Assembly (NCBI GenBank): GCA_965153455.1 | Contig: OZ234493.1 | Coordinates: forward strand, 31,238,213 to 31,302,212 | Length of the DNA: 64,000 nt | Direction of reading: 5' to 3' | Source of the DNA: Sphagnum compactum | Lineage: Eukaryota | Shown: piece by piece, positions 27,501-40,260 of the stretch | How positions within the stretch are numbered: position 1 is the first letter of the stretch | Layout of the letters: each line of letters begins with the position of its first letter | The notes under the pieces: model-generated | Database searches by the model: none | Seen by the model: the letters and a program-made list of their open reading frames with translations, nothing else | What the model was told of the DNA's origin: nothing | Program-made: the position numbers and the translations under genes

Positions 27501-28503
27501 ATGTAATAGGTAGTAGTTGTAACTAGGTTACAACTAGGATTTTTATCTCATATTGTTTGTTTTTCATTTCAATATTCTAGAACATATAAAGAAATGCACT
27601 AAGAACATTGAAAGAACATAAAAAGAAATTACAATGGGATTGCTATTTGGATGAACCAATCAAATAATTTAACCTTAAAGTTAATATCAAAATAAAAAAA
27701 TGGGATTGTTTTAATTAATAGCTTAACCATAGACTTAATTATGTGCCACATGGCATAACCTAGGCATAGGTGCACATGGCTTCATATTGGTCATTGGATT
27801 ATTTGTCACATGTAACAATATTCCATAGTCATAAGTACAATTGTAGTGGTAGTATGTGAAACCCCAATCCGATGATGATCATTGATGCATGTGGCACTTT
27901 TTGGTGCACACGATCATTAGTTGGCATGATCACAGATGTGCTACCATGTGGCAACACATGATTCCTTGTTAAACCTAGTTGCATAAGTAGTAACAATGTA
28001 CTTACAAAAGTGACTGAGATATGTACACATATGGTGGATGGATATGTATTTGACTATGAAGTACATCATTTACAACTTGTGACTCTTTGTTGTTTGTGAC
28101 TTGTTTGTAACTATAACCATTTCGATTATAAGTGTCACTTGCTATTGAAAAATAGTTGCAAACAATCATAAATTCACGGTTTTGTATTTCTATTAGTGTA
28201 GGTACTTTGGTAGGTTTAGCCACCTAGTTAAGGTAGGTAAGTATGTACCAAGGTACATACTTATGTAGGTACCTACTAGTAGGTAAGTATGTAATTGGGT
28301 AGGTACATATTTAAGGTAGGTACCTATACCTAGCTAATTACTACTAGCTAGGTACCTACCTTGTAGTCATGTAATCACAAAATAACCACAATGTAGTCGC
28401 AAAGATGACTTAACGGTGTATGATTAAAAGAGATACGATTACATGATTAAATTAGGACATGTGCAAAATGTCGTGATCATGAAAAACATGTTTTGGCATG
28501 TTA
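24586..28503. mobile_element. ~3.9 kb non-coding TIR element (CACTA-like) with long imperfect terminal inverted repeats
   Basis: Left CATTATGCCAAAACATGGTTTTCGTGA...GATTACATGACTA is inverted against right TAGTCATGTAATC...TCATGAAAAACATGTTTTGGCAT (~130 bp arms). Confidence 0.65.
24830..26350. repeat. ~1.5 kb degenerate 10-bp-period tandem array (TAGCCAAGTT / TAACCTAAAT / TAGCCTAGTT variants)
   Basis: Continuous 10-mer register, for example TTTAGCCAAG TTTAACCTAA ATAACCTAC. Confidence 0.85.
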
Positions 28504-28511
28504 TGATACAT

Positions 28512-29130
28512 CACTAGAAGAAAATTGAAAAAAATATTTACCATTTGTAACTATATTATAGTTGCAAAGGATATTTGCTACTAAACAGTATCTAGTTGCA
28601 TTAGGAAGTTGCATAAGACATTAGTTGTTAGTGTGAATAAAATCAATGTTTGAGCAATATTTCACCATTTGCATACTATTATACATCATCCATATATTAC
28701 TATAAAAATTAACAATTTACATAATTACACATAGCAAATGAAAAAGGTTTGGGAATCTTTGTTTAAAAAATAACTAGCGGATTGTCATCATTTATTTTAA
28801 ATGGTTTGAGATTGTGACACACACGACATCATACAAAATGCCACTTGCTAGAAATAAATTAAAATCAATATTTATTTACTAGGTATGAAGGATTAAGAGG
28901 TCGGTAGGTAAGCTTGAGGGTTGGTAGGTAAAATATCTTTAATTTTTGTCATTTAACCTTTAGGGTTATGTTCCTTTAATTAGCTCATCCCAAATGGCAT
29001 GTTTTTCCAATATAAAATTGTAGGATAAAGTTTCACCATTATATAATTCTCAAGATGGAAGTGAAGGACAAAACATATGGGATAAAATTTTAATTTGCAT
29101 TTTAGTTACAAACTACATTGTAATTAGAAA
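28512..29130 (+). mobile_element. Truncated CACTA-like non-autonomous element, same family as 53818-56615
   Basis: Starts CACTAGAAGAAA; AGTTGCA subterminal repeats; shares ACCTTT.GGGTTA, CATCCCAAA and GACAAAACATATGGG with ~55340-55510. Confidence 0.6.
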
Positions 29131-29539
29131 AAAAATTCATACCCTTTGTCTTCCTTTTTAATTTTGTAAATTATATAACTAAGTAGATAAATAAGTAAAG
29201 TTCACTACTTAGCTAACTAACTAATTATTAATTACTACCTATATGTAATCAATCAATCAATCAATCAATTAATTAAATTATAGTTTATTAATCAATAGTT
29301 CATAAATTTAAAAATGAATATCTAAAATATTACATCATTAGTAATTAATATCTAAGTAATAATTAGCAAAAAAACATTTTTTTTATGAATTATTAATTCA
29401 TAATTCATAAATAAAAACTGATTGACTAAAATGTTGATTAAATAATAACCAATTAACCAATTTATTAATATAATATTTTACATAGTAGTTCATAGTTATA
29501 AAAGAGAAATAGTGAAATGTTTTGGCTATCAATTAGGTC

Positions 29540-31187
29540 CCAAAAAACTAATCACAAGGGAAAATATGTCAAGTACACCTTTTAACATCTAAAGAATAAA
29601 ACTTGTTATTGCATAATTACATTCTTCCAAAGTTGGTAAAACATATAACTATTTAGTTTTTTCCACCAAATATTTGTTTCCACTTTTCCTCTCAAAGGAT
29701 TATTCACTTCCTCCTCAATCATTTTTGTAGTAATAGAATGGTTTTCATTATATGTCTTTTCAATGTTGTTATTCCATTTGTTATATTATGTAAGATTAAT
29801 CGTTTGCTTGCTTGAGTTTTGAAGTTACACATCAAGACTAGACTATTGTAACAAAGAAGACATATCATTGCTTGAAAACATTTCACATCAACATCTTTTT
29901 TATCATTCACACCAAAAACACCCAACATAAAGTGACTTCCAAATTTGGATGTGAATTTCTACCATGTGATTTCCAAATTGTTCTTTGAACATGCAATTTT
30001 TTGATATTTTCTTTCATTATGTTTTCTTGACTTTTTGGATTTTTGGTTGCTTTTTGTTTGAATAATGAAGTTTATTTCACATTCTTGGAAGTATTCTTCC
30101 TCCATTACATCATTCATGAAAATTTCACATGCATTTTCATTTATCATATTTTCATTTTCATAAGACTATGCCATTTTTAGTTTTCACAAGAATATGCAAC
30201 TTTGAAATGGAGAAGAAAAACCAAACAAATGTATGATAAACCAAAATACCAAAACTTGCCCCACAACTGAAAATGCAAGTATTTACAAAAGATAAATTAT
30301 TAAAATCTCTTTTCAACTTTTTGGAAACATATGTGAATAAAAAATGAATATGTTTATGTTAATGTTCAACTTTTTTGAAAATTCCTGCAAAAAAAACACA
30401 AAGTTGTTATTAAACAACCAAAAAGAAACTCTTTGGAAAAAAAATCAAAAAAAGAAAGAAAAAAAGAATTAAAAAAATGAAAACAATGAAAAAATGGAGA
30501 AAATCCAAGAATGTTATTTCAAAAGAAAAAAAGTGCAATTTGATTTTCTTTATGTTTTTGCTTGTAGTGGAGTTCCACCACTTGCATAAGGCGATGGGTG
30601 ACAGTATTATTTCACCATGGTAGCAGTAATAGCAAAGTGATGGAGCAACAACAACAACAACAAAGGGGGATGCCAATGGTGGGTACTTGGTAGTATGAAA
30701 TGAACAACAATGCAACATACCAACAATACACCACCTACAAGGCAATGTTGATGGGATTAGTACCTTAGCATAACACATGCAATTTAATGGGAGTAGCAAT
30801 TGCAACTAGCTATGCAAATTAAAAGTAAGAAGCCAAGAAAAATGTAAAGAGAAAACTTTAATCAACATTATAGAATGTTAAACCCACAAGGGTTTTTATA
30901 TGTTTGGGTGCCACCTCCCAACACTTGTTGCCTCCTCTTCAGTAAAATAACCTAATTCAACCCTTGAACCTTGAAAACTAAAATTTAATTTTTTCATAGA
31001 ATAAACTTGGTTCTAAATTTTGAAAAAAACAAAGTAACCGATTTTCAACAACCCATTTCTCACTAGAGTGAAAATCATTGATATGGTTTTCAAACTGATT
31101 ATTATCATCAAATATGATACAAGTCAGTTCTCATTGTGATAATTGATCTAAGAATTGGAGGATCCCAATGAGAATCGCCCAATGTTG
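29540..31187 (-). mobile_element. hAT transposon 5' relic with BED-finger-like N-terminus
   Basis: ORF 29719-29928 reads VNDKKDVDVKCFQAMICLLCY...NGITTLKRHI (CxxC...H). TIR-like end TGAGAATCGCCCAATGTTG at ~31169-31187 with subterminal repeats. Confidence 0.6.
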
Positions 31188-34100
31188 TTAATTATTATTA
31201 AAAAACATTGGTTACATAACATTAAAAATGTTTTTTGTGTACTTTTTATCCTCTAGATGGTTTTAATTTTTTTGGATATGTATACCAATATTTTGAAAAT
31301 AACATTATATAAAAACAAGTTCATTTGTAGTTTTTTTTAAATTACAATTCAAAATACAGAAAATTAATTAGTGATCATGACTATTAATGATAGGTGTTAG
31401 TGCGATTGCATCCTCCAACTTAGTTTGTTATTTCAACACCAAGGAAATCAAAGTAAGTTATTTATAATTTTTTTAGTTTTTTAATTTTTCATTAACCAAA
31501 GAAATTCCCAAAAAAAATCATTTGATAAGGGAAGTTCCATTTAATATTGTTGGGTTCCAAATTACATGATTTAAGCTCCAAATACACCATAAATTTTCAA
31601 AAACAAATCTTAAGGAAATTTAAAAAGCAATATAGTTGATGTCATTTTAATGTAATTATTGTAATAATAAGGCAAGTGGGAATTTACTTTAGTAGAATAA
31701 ATTTTAACTTTGCCCACCTACTTATAACTAATTCTAAGAAGGATTATTGTGATAGTAAGGGAAATAAGGGTAGGAGAATTGAAAGTAGAATTTGGCTAAG
31801 GGTAACCACCATTTATTTTGGTAAAGGGGGCTAGTTACCCAAGGTAGGGGGTATTTTGGATAGAAGGAGGATTGTTTTCTATGTATGTGTGGAAGGAGAT
31901 ATGCATGTGTGAGGACAATGATGTGAAATTGTTGGCTTGCAACAACAGAGTAAATAGGAAAGATAACTTTGTATCTAGTTTCAACCTTAATTTATGGTTT
32001 TTTTGGGGGTTTTGAATTTGGCATGGAAGTTGTCACTATCCCCCTTTACCTTGATAGTTGTGTTTCCTGTTTTTCCATTTTTTCAACTATTTGCTAAGTT
32101 AATAGTACAAAATCATATCTGGTTTTTAAATTTTCGTTTATTTCTTCAACTTTTTCATTCAATTTTTATTAAGTTTTTTTTGTAGTAATCAAAATGTGTT
32201 TTATAATGTCCATACGAATCATTATAAAGTTGTCCCAACCACTTGTAGATATGTTTTTTTAACACTTATCATTCCATGTAGAGCTATAATAACTTTAGTT
32301 GTTTCATTATGTCCCAAGAAATAAGATTTTTCTAAGGACGATTATGAGGTTTTTTCATTAGATTTTTAAAAATTATTATCCATAGGATGTGACATTCACT
32401 TGTATGTTATCAAATATTTTCATGTGGCCGAGGTGACTTACCAACACCTACTATAATTTGATGTAATTAGACTATTACCTATGTAATTATTTAATGGTTA
32501 AGTTTGGTGATTTCCTCGTTAGTTGGATTTCATAGTTTAATTATGATTTGGTCATAGTTTCAATTAATGTGATTGATTTTCACATGAATTATCATGTGAA
32601 TATCAAACACATTTATGTGAAAAGTCTTTGCCACTTTATTATGCATGTGAAATCACATGGGGAACCATGGGGAACCATATGATGTGTAGACTTTAGGAAA
32701 AATTTCTTGTTTAGTTTCCTTTTGGTTAATATATAAGTGGGTGTTTGTGACCTTTGGAAACACTTCACTTGATAAAAACAAGTTGTTGGATGAGTGTAAT
32801 ATTTCATGGAATAAAATTGTGTAGGGAATTAATATTTTAATTTTGAAAGGTTTCAGTATAGTTTATGGGAAGTCTATGGTAGGAAAATGGTGTGGCATAC
32901 TAGTTATACATAAAGAATAGAAAGGAGAGAAAATATTGTTTTAAACCCATTTATGATTTACAGCACTTTCACTTTTTTGAATGAAGTGTTTTAAAGCTAA
33001 TCCAATTAAACACCAAATATGTGGGCCTTTACAAATGCGCACCACATTCAATATAATGTGCAAGTTATTTCCCCATCCCCACCATAACCATGAAACATCG
33101 GACAATGTAAAATTAAAAATCATTAAATGCCACCATGTGTGTCATGAGCCAATTGTCATGATTGCGAATGAAAGTCAATCATATTTTTATATTGACCTTT
33201 TGGATAGCCTTAATATATCTTGTGCATATTTACAAGTCTAAATTCAATTTCACATTATTTAAAGCTTGAACTTCATCCAAATTACCATATTTACAAACCA
33301 TCTTTCTACTACTAATGGAGATGCTCTTAAAGGCCATATTTAAGTCAAGAAATGTTGAAATTGGACCCATAGACCTTGATTTCATTTAATATCTATAATG
33401 GTTAAAAATAACAAAAAACAATTTGGGCATTTTACTAATGTTGTGTTGTATATGGTTTAAGATATACATAACATGTAAATGTATAATTGTGTGAGGATGT
33501 TTCATGTTCTTTAAAACATTAAATGTAGATGTAAAACAAATGTAGTTACAATAGTGTAAAATCATGTAAGTGAATAAATGAAAAAAGAAAAAAGAAAAAA
33601 AAGATGGGATGAGTGAAAAAAATGTGTTAGATACAACTTTCATTATCATTGATGATTACAGATACATTCCTACGCTTATCAAGTGATATTTAAAATAAAA
33701 AACTTGTCAATCCAAGTTTTGTAGCAAAATGCAAACCTAGGGCATCATACTCTTTAGCTCCTAAAAAAGGGGGGGGGGGGATAGGAGCTATGGGATGGTA
33801 TTAGTATAAACTTTGTATTTAAGTTAAAATCAAGGTGAAATCAATATGCACAAGCCAAGAAACAGCATGACTAGTGCAAATTGAAATTAAATTGGCGCAT
33901 GGACGAACCACAAGTTAACATATTGATTCACAAGGCACACCACAACCTAGGTATGGGAGGAATCACCATTGTCCTTATAGTTTGCTTTGAAAATAGTAGT
34001 AGGAGCTACATCAAATTAATGACAATTGTTTTTGCGATTGTAGGATTTTGAATTACCAAGTTATGAGTCTTGTCATTTTGTGAATTTTCATAATCCTCTC

Positions 34101-34261
34101 ATATGAGTGTCAAATCAAGAGATCTCAATAGAAAATTATGATATTTGAAAAGAGCTTGAAAAAAAGAAGTAACAAGTTCCTTAATTGGAGTTGGTTTGAT
34201 CCCTCAAAAGGTCAGCTATTTAGATGTCATTTACACTTACATGCACAACATTGTTTTTTAC

Positions 34262-34970
34262 CTTGGCACCAATGTCAATAATGGTTCACCCTATACCTTT
34301 GATGCTACCCCCATGGAGATGCAACAGGACAACCCTAAAGGAGGTGAACTTTGAGCCCCTTAGATATGGACCCACATGCACCTGCAACTTGGAAGATTGC
34401 GTCTAGTTCACGGAGGATCCATTGTTCCACCTGGGACCATCAAATTTTTTGAACGTGCTTGCATGATCATATCAAATTGTTTCTTTCTAGGGAGGCATGA
34501 TCATATAAAATTGTTTCTTTCTAGGGAGTTGGTGTCACGCAATCCATTATACACCACGCATCCAAAGTACAATTTTAGTCACCTTTCGTTGCATGTAAAG
34601 GCTTGAGAACATAGTACAGAATATTGCTGCAGAAATATAATCCAAAGTATAAACTCTCCTTTGAATTGAGGCGAATTCGGATATGACAAAACTGGGATTC
34701 AAATGTCAAAAGTTGGATGCAAGCCACCAATTTCCTTTCCTACCTGTTCAAGAAAAATACTCCATTTTGTGGAAGTTGAATTTTTTTGCATATATGCCAA
34801 AATATGATGAGCTCAGAAAAGTTGGTGATCATAAAGGTCAGGGAACCCTGCAAACTAATTCTCACCTGGACCAGTCGCCCAACAAAGGAAGGAAGACCCC
34901 CAGGATCGGTGGGGGCCTGCCGCCTGCTTACATTGAAAATCGAGGGTTGCAGCTGGTCTGCCACCAAATG
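34262..34970 (-). pseudogene. Pseudogenised exons of an unidentified gene, copy 1
   Basis: GT-AG intron 34865-34744 joins GLPSFVGRLVQ to VGKEIGGLHPTFDI*IPVLSYPNSPQFKGEFILWII...GLRDTNSLERN. Contains stops and a 34-bp tandem duplication; homologous to 47480-47870. Confidence 0.5.
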
Positions 34971-37900
34971 CTGACATAATTTTGACGTTTCAATCTATTG
35001 TCCGTTAGTGGGGGAGCTCAGTTTTTATTATTCTACAGTTTGACTTTGCAAATGTAATGTTGCTCTTGTTATGTGTACACTGTGGATGCAGGATTCTAAG
35101 GTCATAATAGGAATGCTTATATGCAGCCAAATATGCGATCATCCTCCGCGGGAAGATGTAGAAAAAGTGATGATCAATCCCTATTAAATGTGGATAAATG
35201 AAGCTTTATCCACACTAAGAAGATTTTACTTTCTATTTTGGGAAGGAAATAGACCAAGCCCATCATGTCAATCAATACCTCTCCATGATAGCACCCTCAT
35301 TGTCAAATCTGCTTCGGCTTCTAGCTAGGAGTATGCTGGAACTTAGTCAAATTAATTCCGCATCTATGACGATGTGTGTGGAGATGTTTACCTTGATATA
35401 TTCTCTCGAAGTGGATGGCTATGAAATCTAAGGGCTGTGACAACATGATGTTGGATTTCAAAGAAACCCACATGCTGGGAACCACACGAATTCAAATGGA
35501 TTCCGGTATCACTGATCAGTACTAGTGCGAAGCCTCCTTCCAAACACCCCAAACTCAAGTGGAATGTGAGAAAAGTGTGGATTCCACATGTAGCCCGCAA
35601 CTGTCCAACATCCACAACTGGATATTGTCTGTGTGAAGAATGCAAGTTCACTCACATCACTAGACAGTTACCAGACATTCAGATTTAGGAATTCTGAAAT
35701 TTTCCACCTTGGGATTTGAGTTCAGATGATCGACCTAGCCTAGGGTCAGTTTCCACATGGACACCAAGAATTCTTAAAATTTTCAAAAAAAAAATTCGTT
35801 TTATAAATTTGAATTTATTACTTTTTCACGATCTACTACTATATTGGCAGAGTGAAATTACTCAGATTGTAGCTATTCATAAAATTATGATGGTTTTCAT
35901 CGCGTCAGCTTCATGTTTTCATGAAAATTCGTTTCACTATTTTAAAGATTCTTTAATGACAAATCTATCCTAAGGAAAAATTGTTAACGTGTATTTTTTG
36001 CACCCAAAAATCAAAGGAAATGTGTGAAACAAGCTGGAGCCAACATGTTTTTTTGCGGTGGATTTTTGCCACTTGGTGACAGAGAAAAGGCAGAGAGAAT
36101 GGGACAAAGGAATTTATTTTTCGAAAAAAAAAGGGTCGGAAGTGGCCATATTTTGAGGAAAGCAAAACTGAGAACACCATATTTAGACAACAAGTTCCAC
36201 CAACACATAGCAGGGATCCTAAATTTTTCTAATGTCCTCTCTGACCTGTAGCCAAATATGGCTAACTCTTCTTGTGGATGCTAGCCAACCCACCGACCTC
36301 ACAAAATTGAAAACAAAAAGAGTCAGGTGTCTGGGAACTGATTCCTTATGTCGAAGGTAATTGGAACTGATTCCATTTGTTGGATCTATCAGTGTTTACA
36401 GTTTTGTGATCTTGGGATGTCATCCATCCCAAAATTACTTCAACTCTAGGGTCCTTATCTTGAATTTTGGAATAGCAATGAGAAAAATTAGGAAATATCT
36501 ATTGAGAGAGGATTACTTCTCAAATTGTCAATGATTTCATGAGTAGGGTAGATAGGTTGGTGAACGAACACTTAAGAACTCAACCAAGGTCAAATTGTTA
36601 CACATTGTTCCTCTGATTCTGAAGCTCAGTGAGCATTCAGAATAGCCAACACTGCAAAAATCTGTCAATTCAATAAAGGAATGGGCAAGATATGGGGTGT
36701 TTGGTGTAAGGGGATTCAGTGTTTGGTGATGGGTGACTTAAAACAGATTAGGATTTTGAGCTTAAAGTCTTGGATCATTGCATCTTTGCCTTTGAAATCC
36801 AAAGAACTTTTGTAAAGCCCTAGTTGGTGCACCTATCAGATTTTAAATCACTCAAAACAGAGTAAAAATGAGGAAGCTATAGGGCTGGAACTAAAGAGGG
36901 GATTAGAGCTATTTTTTTAAAAAATAATTCAAGCAGACTATCACTCATCCTCTTCCTGTGTTTTCTGTGTTGCTCCTTTACTTCTGATGCTCAAAGAACA
37001 TTTGAAGCCCTCCACTCTGCACATCCAATGACACAAAATCACTCAATTTGGCTAAGGAATTAAGAATATATTGGAAAGTGATTGGTGATAGGTACGTGCT
37101 CAATGATGGGCGGTTCTACTCTAAGAAGAGAAGGATACATATCTCCTGTAAATCTATGATTGATCATAAATGACATATTTTATCTATTTAGGGCCAAGAG
37201 AGGTAACTCATAACAAGAGGCTTCTCAAAGCATCTTTTAATATGTCAATTATTGATATAGAATTTGATAAGTTGTGCAACTAATAATATAGTAGGGAAGT
37301 AAAAGTCTACAATTCAGGGTTCCCATTCAATATATATTCAAATGAGTGTGATGGAATCTATATATTAATAGATGTGTTTGTTTTGTTCTGGTTTTGTTTG
37401 TGACCACACCTTAATCCACCCAAATTGTGGGTCCCCCTTTTCTCTGTTGGTATAGTCAAAAAGTTCTTAAGAACGTGATGTGCACGATGGTCATTTTACA
37501 AATTTTTACACCAACATAGCAAAAGTTACTTAATTTAGAACTTTTTTTGTCATTGACATTTAATGTAAATTTACACAAAATGGTTTTCTCTACATATCAA
37601 TAGCTCTTTACCACATTGGCTTGTCAATTTGCCTTTTCACATCTCAAACCTTAACAAGACTTGGGGTTTTGTTTACACAATTTGCTTCACAACTTGGTGA
37701 ATAACACTTTGGTTTTTTGAAAAGTTGTGTCTCTTGCAGAGTTGAAGAGGTTTTAGCGAAAGTTGCAACACTGGGAGCTTTGAAGAAATTGTGTGGGAAG
37801 TTGTAACACTTCAAACCTTTGGACCAATGACACAAAATTGGCCCAAAGCGTGCATTAGTAATAATGAAAAAATAGAAAATATGAATTTAACTTACTACTT

Positions 37901-39819
37901 ATGTTGGAATTAACAATGTAACCCTAGACTTCACACACCAATAGGCCTAATTTGAATAGGATCAGAGTCAAAAATATGTTTGAACTCACTATACAATCTT
38001 CCTCTGTTTGGTACCTCGCTGGATTTTGCAGGTCTTGGATGAAGCAGATACTATGATAAAAACCCAAAAGGCCCTATGAAAACTAGAAGAGTCATTAGCC
38101 TTGGATAACACCTATACTTTGTGTATCTTCTATTCCTGGTTCCCAGAGTCATTCCTGACTATATTTGGGTCTCCTCCATCTTCACAAACTCTCCTTCCTA
38201 TGCCCCCACCATCTTGTAACACTGACCAGGGATATCCCCAGTACCCATCATGTTATAAACATTTGCAACACCGACCACTTTTCTGGATGTAAAAAAAAAT
38301 GGAGAAAATATTTGAGATTGCTATTGACCCAGTGTTTGGGAAAAAAAACTCACCTCAAAGGTGCCCTCACATTTTACTATAGTAAATATTTCAGACTTAC
38401 CTTATCTTTCGGTCTGTTTTAACTTGGGGCGTGTAAATGAATTCAGGGTGGTGGGTATAAAGATAGTACATAGAAAAAATTGTCCAATATCTTTATATGC
38501 AATTTCACATTTTGCAATGCAATTGGTTAGTGACTTACTCATAAATATTCTTTTCATTATTTCACATGATAATTACTTTGGGTGATCTTATACCCTTGGA
38601 AAACTTTTCAGATTGTGCTAAACATTTTCCGTTGTAGGAATGCCTTGCATGTAATACTAAAAGTGTGTACAAAGCTAATCACTTCCTTTAGGATGCTTTT
38701 AAAATCATGTGCTCATGTTCACAATGGTTGTTGCACAACTTATTCCCATTTCCCATTTCCAATTTGCCCATCCATGCACACATTGTATACATATTTTGAT
38801 TTAACATACCATTTACACTAAATTTACATGTTTAAATAATACATGTGTACCTCTAGGTTCTCCATTTTCAAATGTCAGTTTTGAGAAATGTCCAATACAA
38901 GAAAAAACCCTCCAAAGGTCTCAGAAGGTCCCAATTTTTGAACGTCTGTTTTGACAAAGTGATCAATAGAGAGCTCTTTCAACTATGAGTAATGGTAATA
39001 GTTTGCATGGACCTGGAGGGTGAGGAACACATGTGAGCAAATTGCAGTTAGACATCTCATATAAGTACTATGTAGAGTGATGCAGAGGAATGCAAGGGTA
39101 TGCAAGGGTATGCTTCAGACTAAAGAGTTGCCCTCTAAACTTATTAGTCACCCTTATAATTACATGCTCTCTTTCATTCAAGTGTTCCTCCTATGTACTC
39201 AAGAATCTGTAACTTGGTCGAGAAAACTAGTATATAAAGGGCACTTTCATGTGGTATGTTGTAAATAGAATGTCATAGTGTCATAGTGAAAATAAAATGT
39301 CATGTCATTATGTCCTTATGTCATTTTTAATTACATTAATTAGAATATGACATAATGAAATTACATAATTACATAAGTACATAATTTTGTCATTATGTGC
39401 AATTTCATTAAAGTATGCATGTTTATATTTGTGTGATGACATTATTTGTCACAAGTTGAATGGGGTGGATTGGATGGTCAAAAACTTGGTTTGGATGAAA
39501 AGGTGAGGAGTTCAATTCTTTCCAATGGCATTGACCTACATGATTACATAGTAAAATTGATGTACATGACTATGTGTACAAATTGACATTGTGTACACAT
39601 GGTAGACATACATATGAATATGATTATTTTTAATAAATAATATTAATATTGTTGCCATCCCACATGGATGTAATTGTATATGCCATATCCAATGTGACAA
39701 AATCAAAGTTTACTACATAGTCATATAGTCACCGTTGTCAACTAGTAACTTAGTCATGGATACATATTTTTGGCGTATTGCTAGTTCACTTCAAACTTTT
39801 ATTGCCTCCTATTTACTTA

Positions 39820-40260
39820 TTGATGTGTTTGACCACACATTGAACAAAATGTATCATTTCTTTTGTTTTTGAATGTAGATAAAACGAGAGCTATCTTGTT
39901 TGTGGAATTTGCATTTAGTTGTAAAATTATGTGAAGATCCATTGGAATGTTGGAAAGTGAACAAGGACACAACAATGAAAAGTTGTTGGTACTTAACTTG
40001 ACAAATCTTGGGTATTGTAGGCAATCATATTGAAGTCAAAAGGATATGTTTCATTATTGGGATTGTGATAGGGCTTCACAAATATTGACTTGGAACTCAA
40101 AATTTTAATAAACTTGTGCTGATTTCCAAGAACTAATCAAATATTTGCACTTCAATTGTGAAAAAATTGTAGATGATTCCCTTGATGACTTTGGTGACAT
40201 TGAAACACTTCTATTGGAACATATGACAAGGAATTTGAAAATCAACTTGATGAGTTTGTT
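39820..40260 (+). mobile_element. hAT transposase C-terminal dimerisation-domain relic
   Basis: EDPLECWKV...YLT*QILGIVGNHIEVKRICFIIGIV...LGTQNFNKLVLISKN matches the PLxWW...LARxxLxIxxSxxxxERxFS pattern. Confidence 0.7.

Noticed and set aside
38020-38300. GC-richer patch as an exon
   Set aside because: Stops interrupt the frames examined and no family could be recognised.
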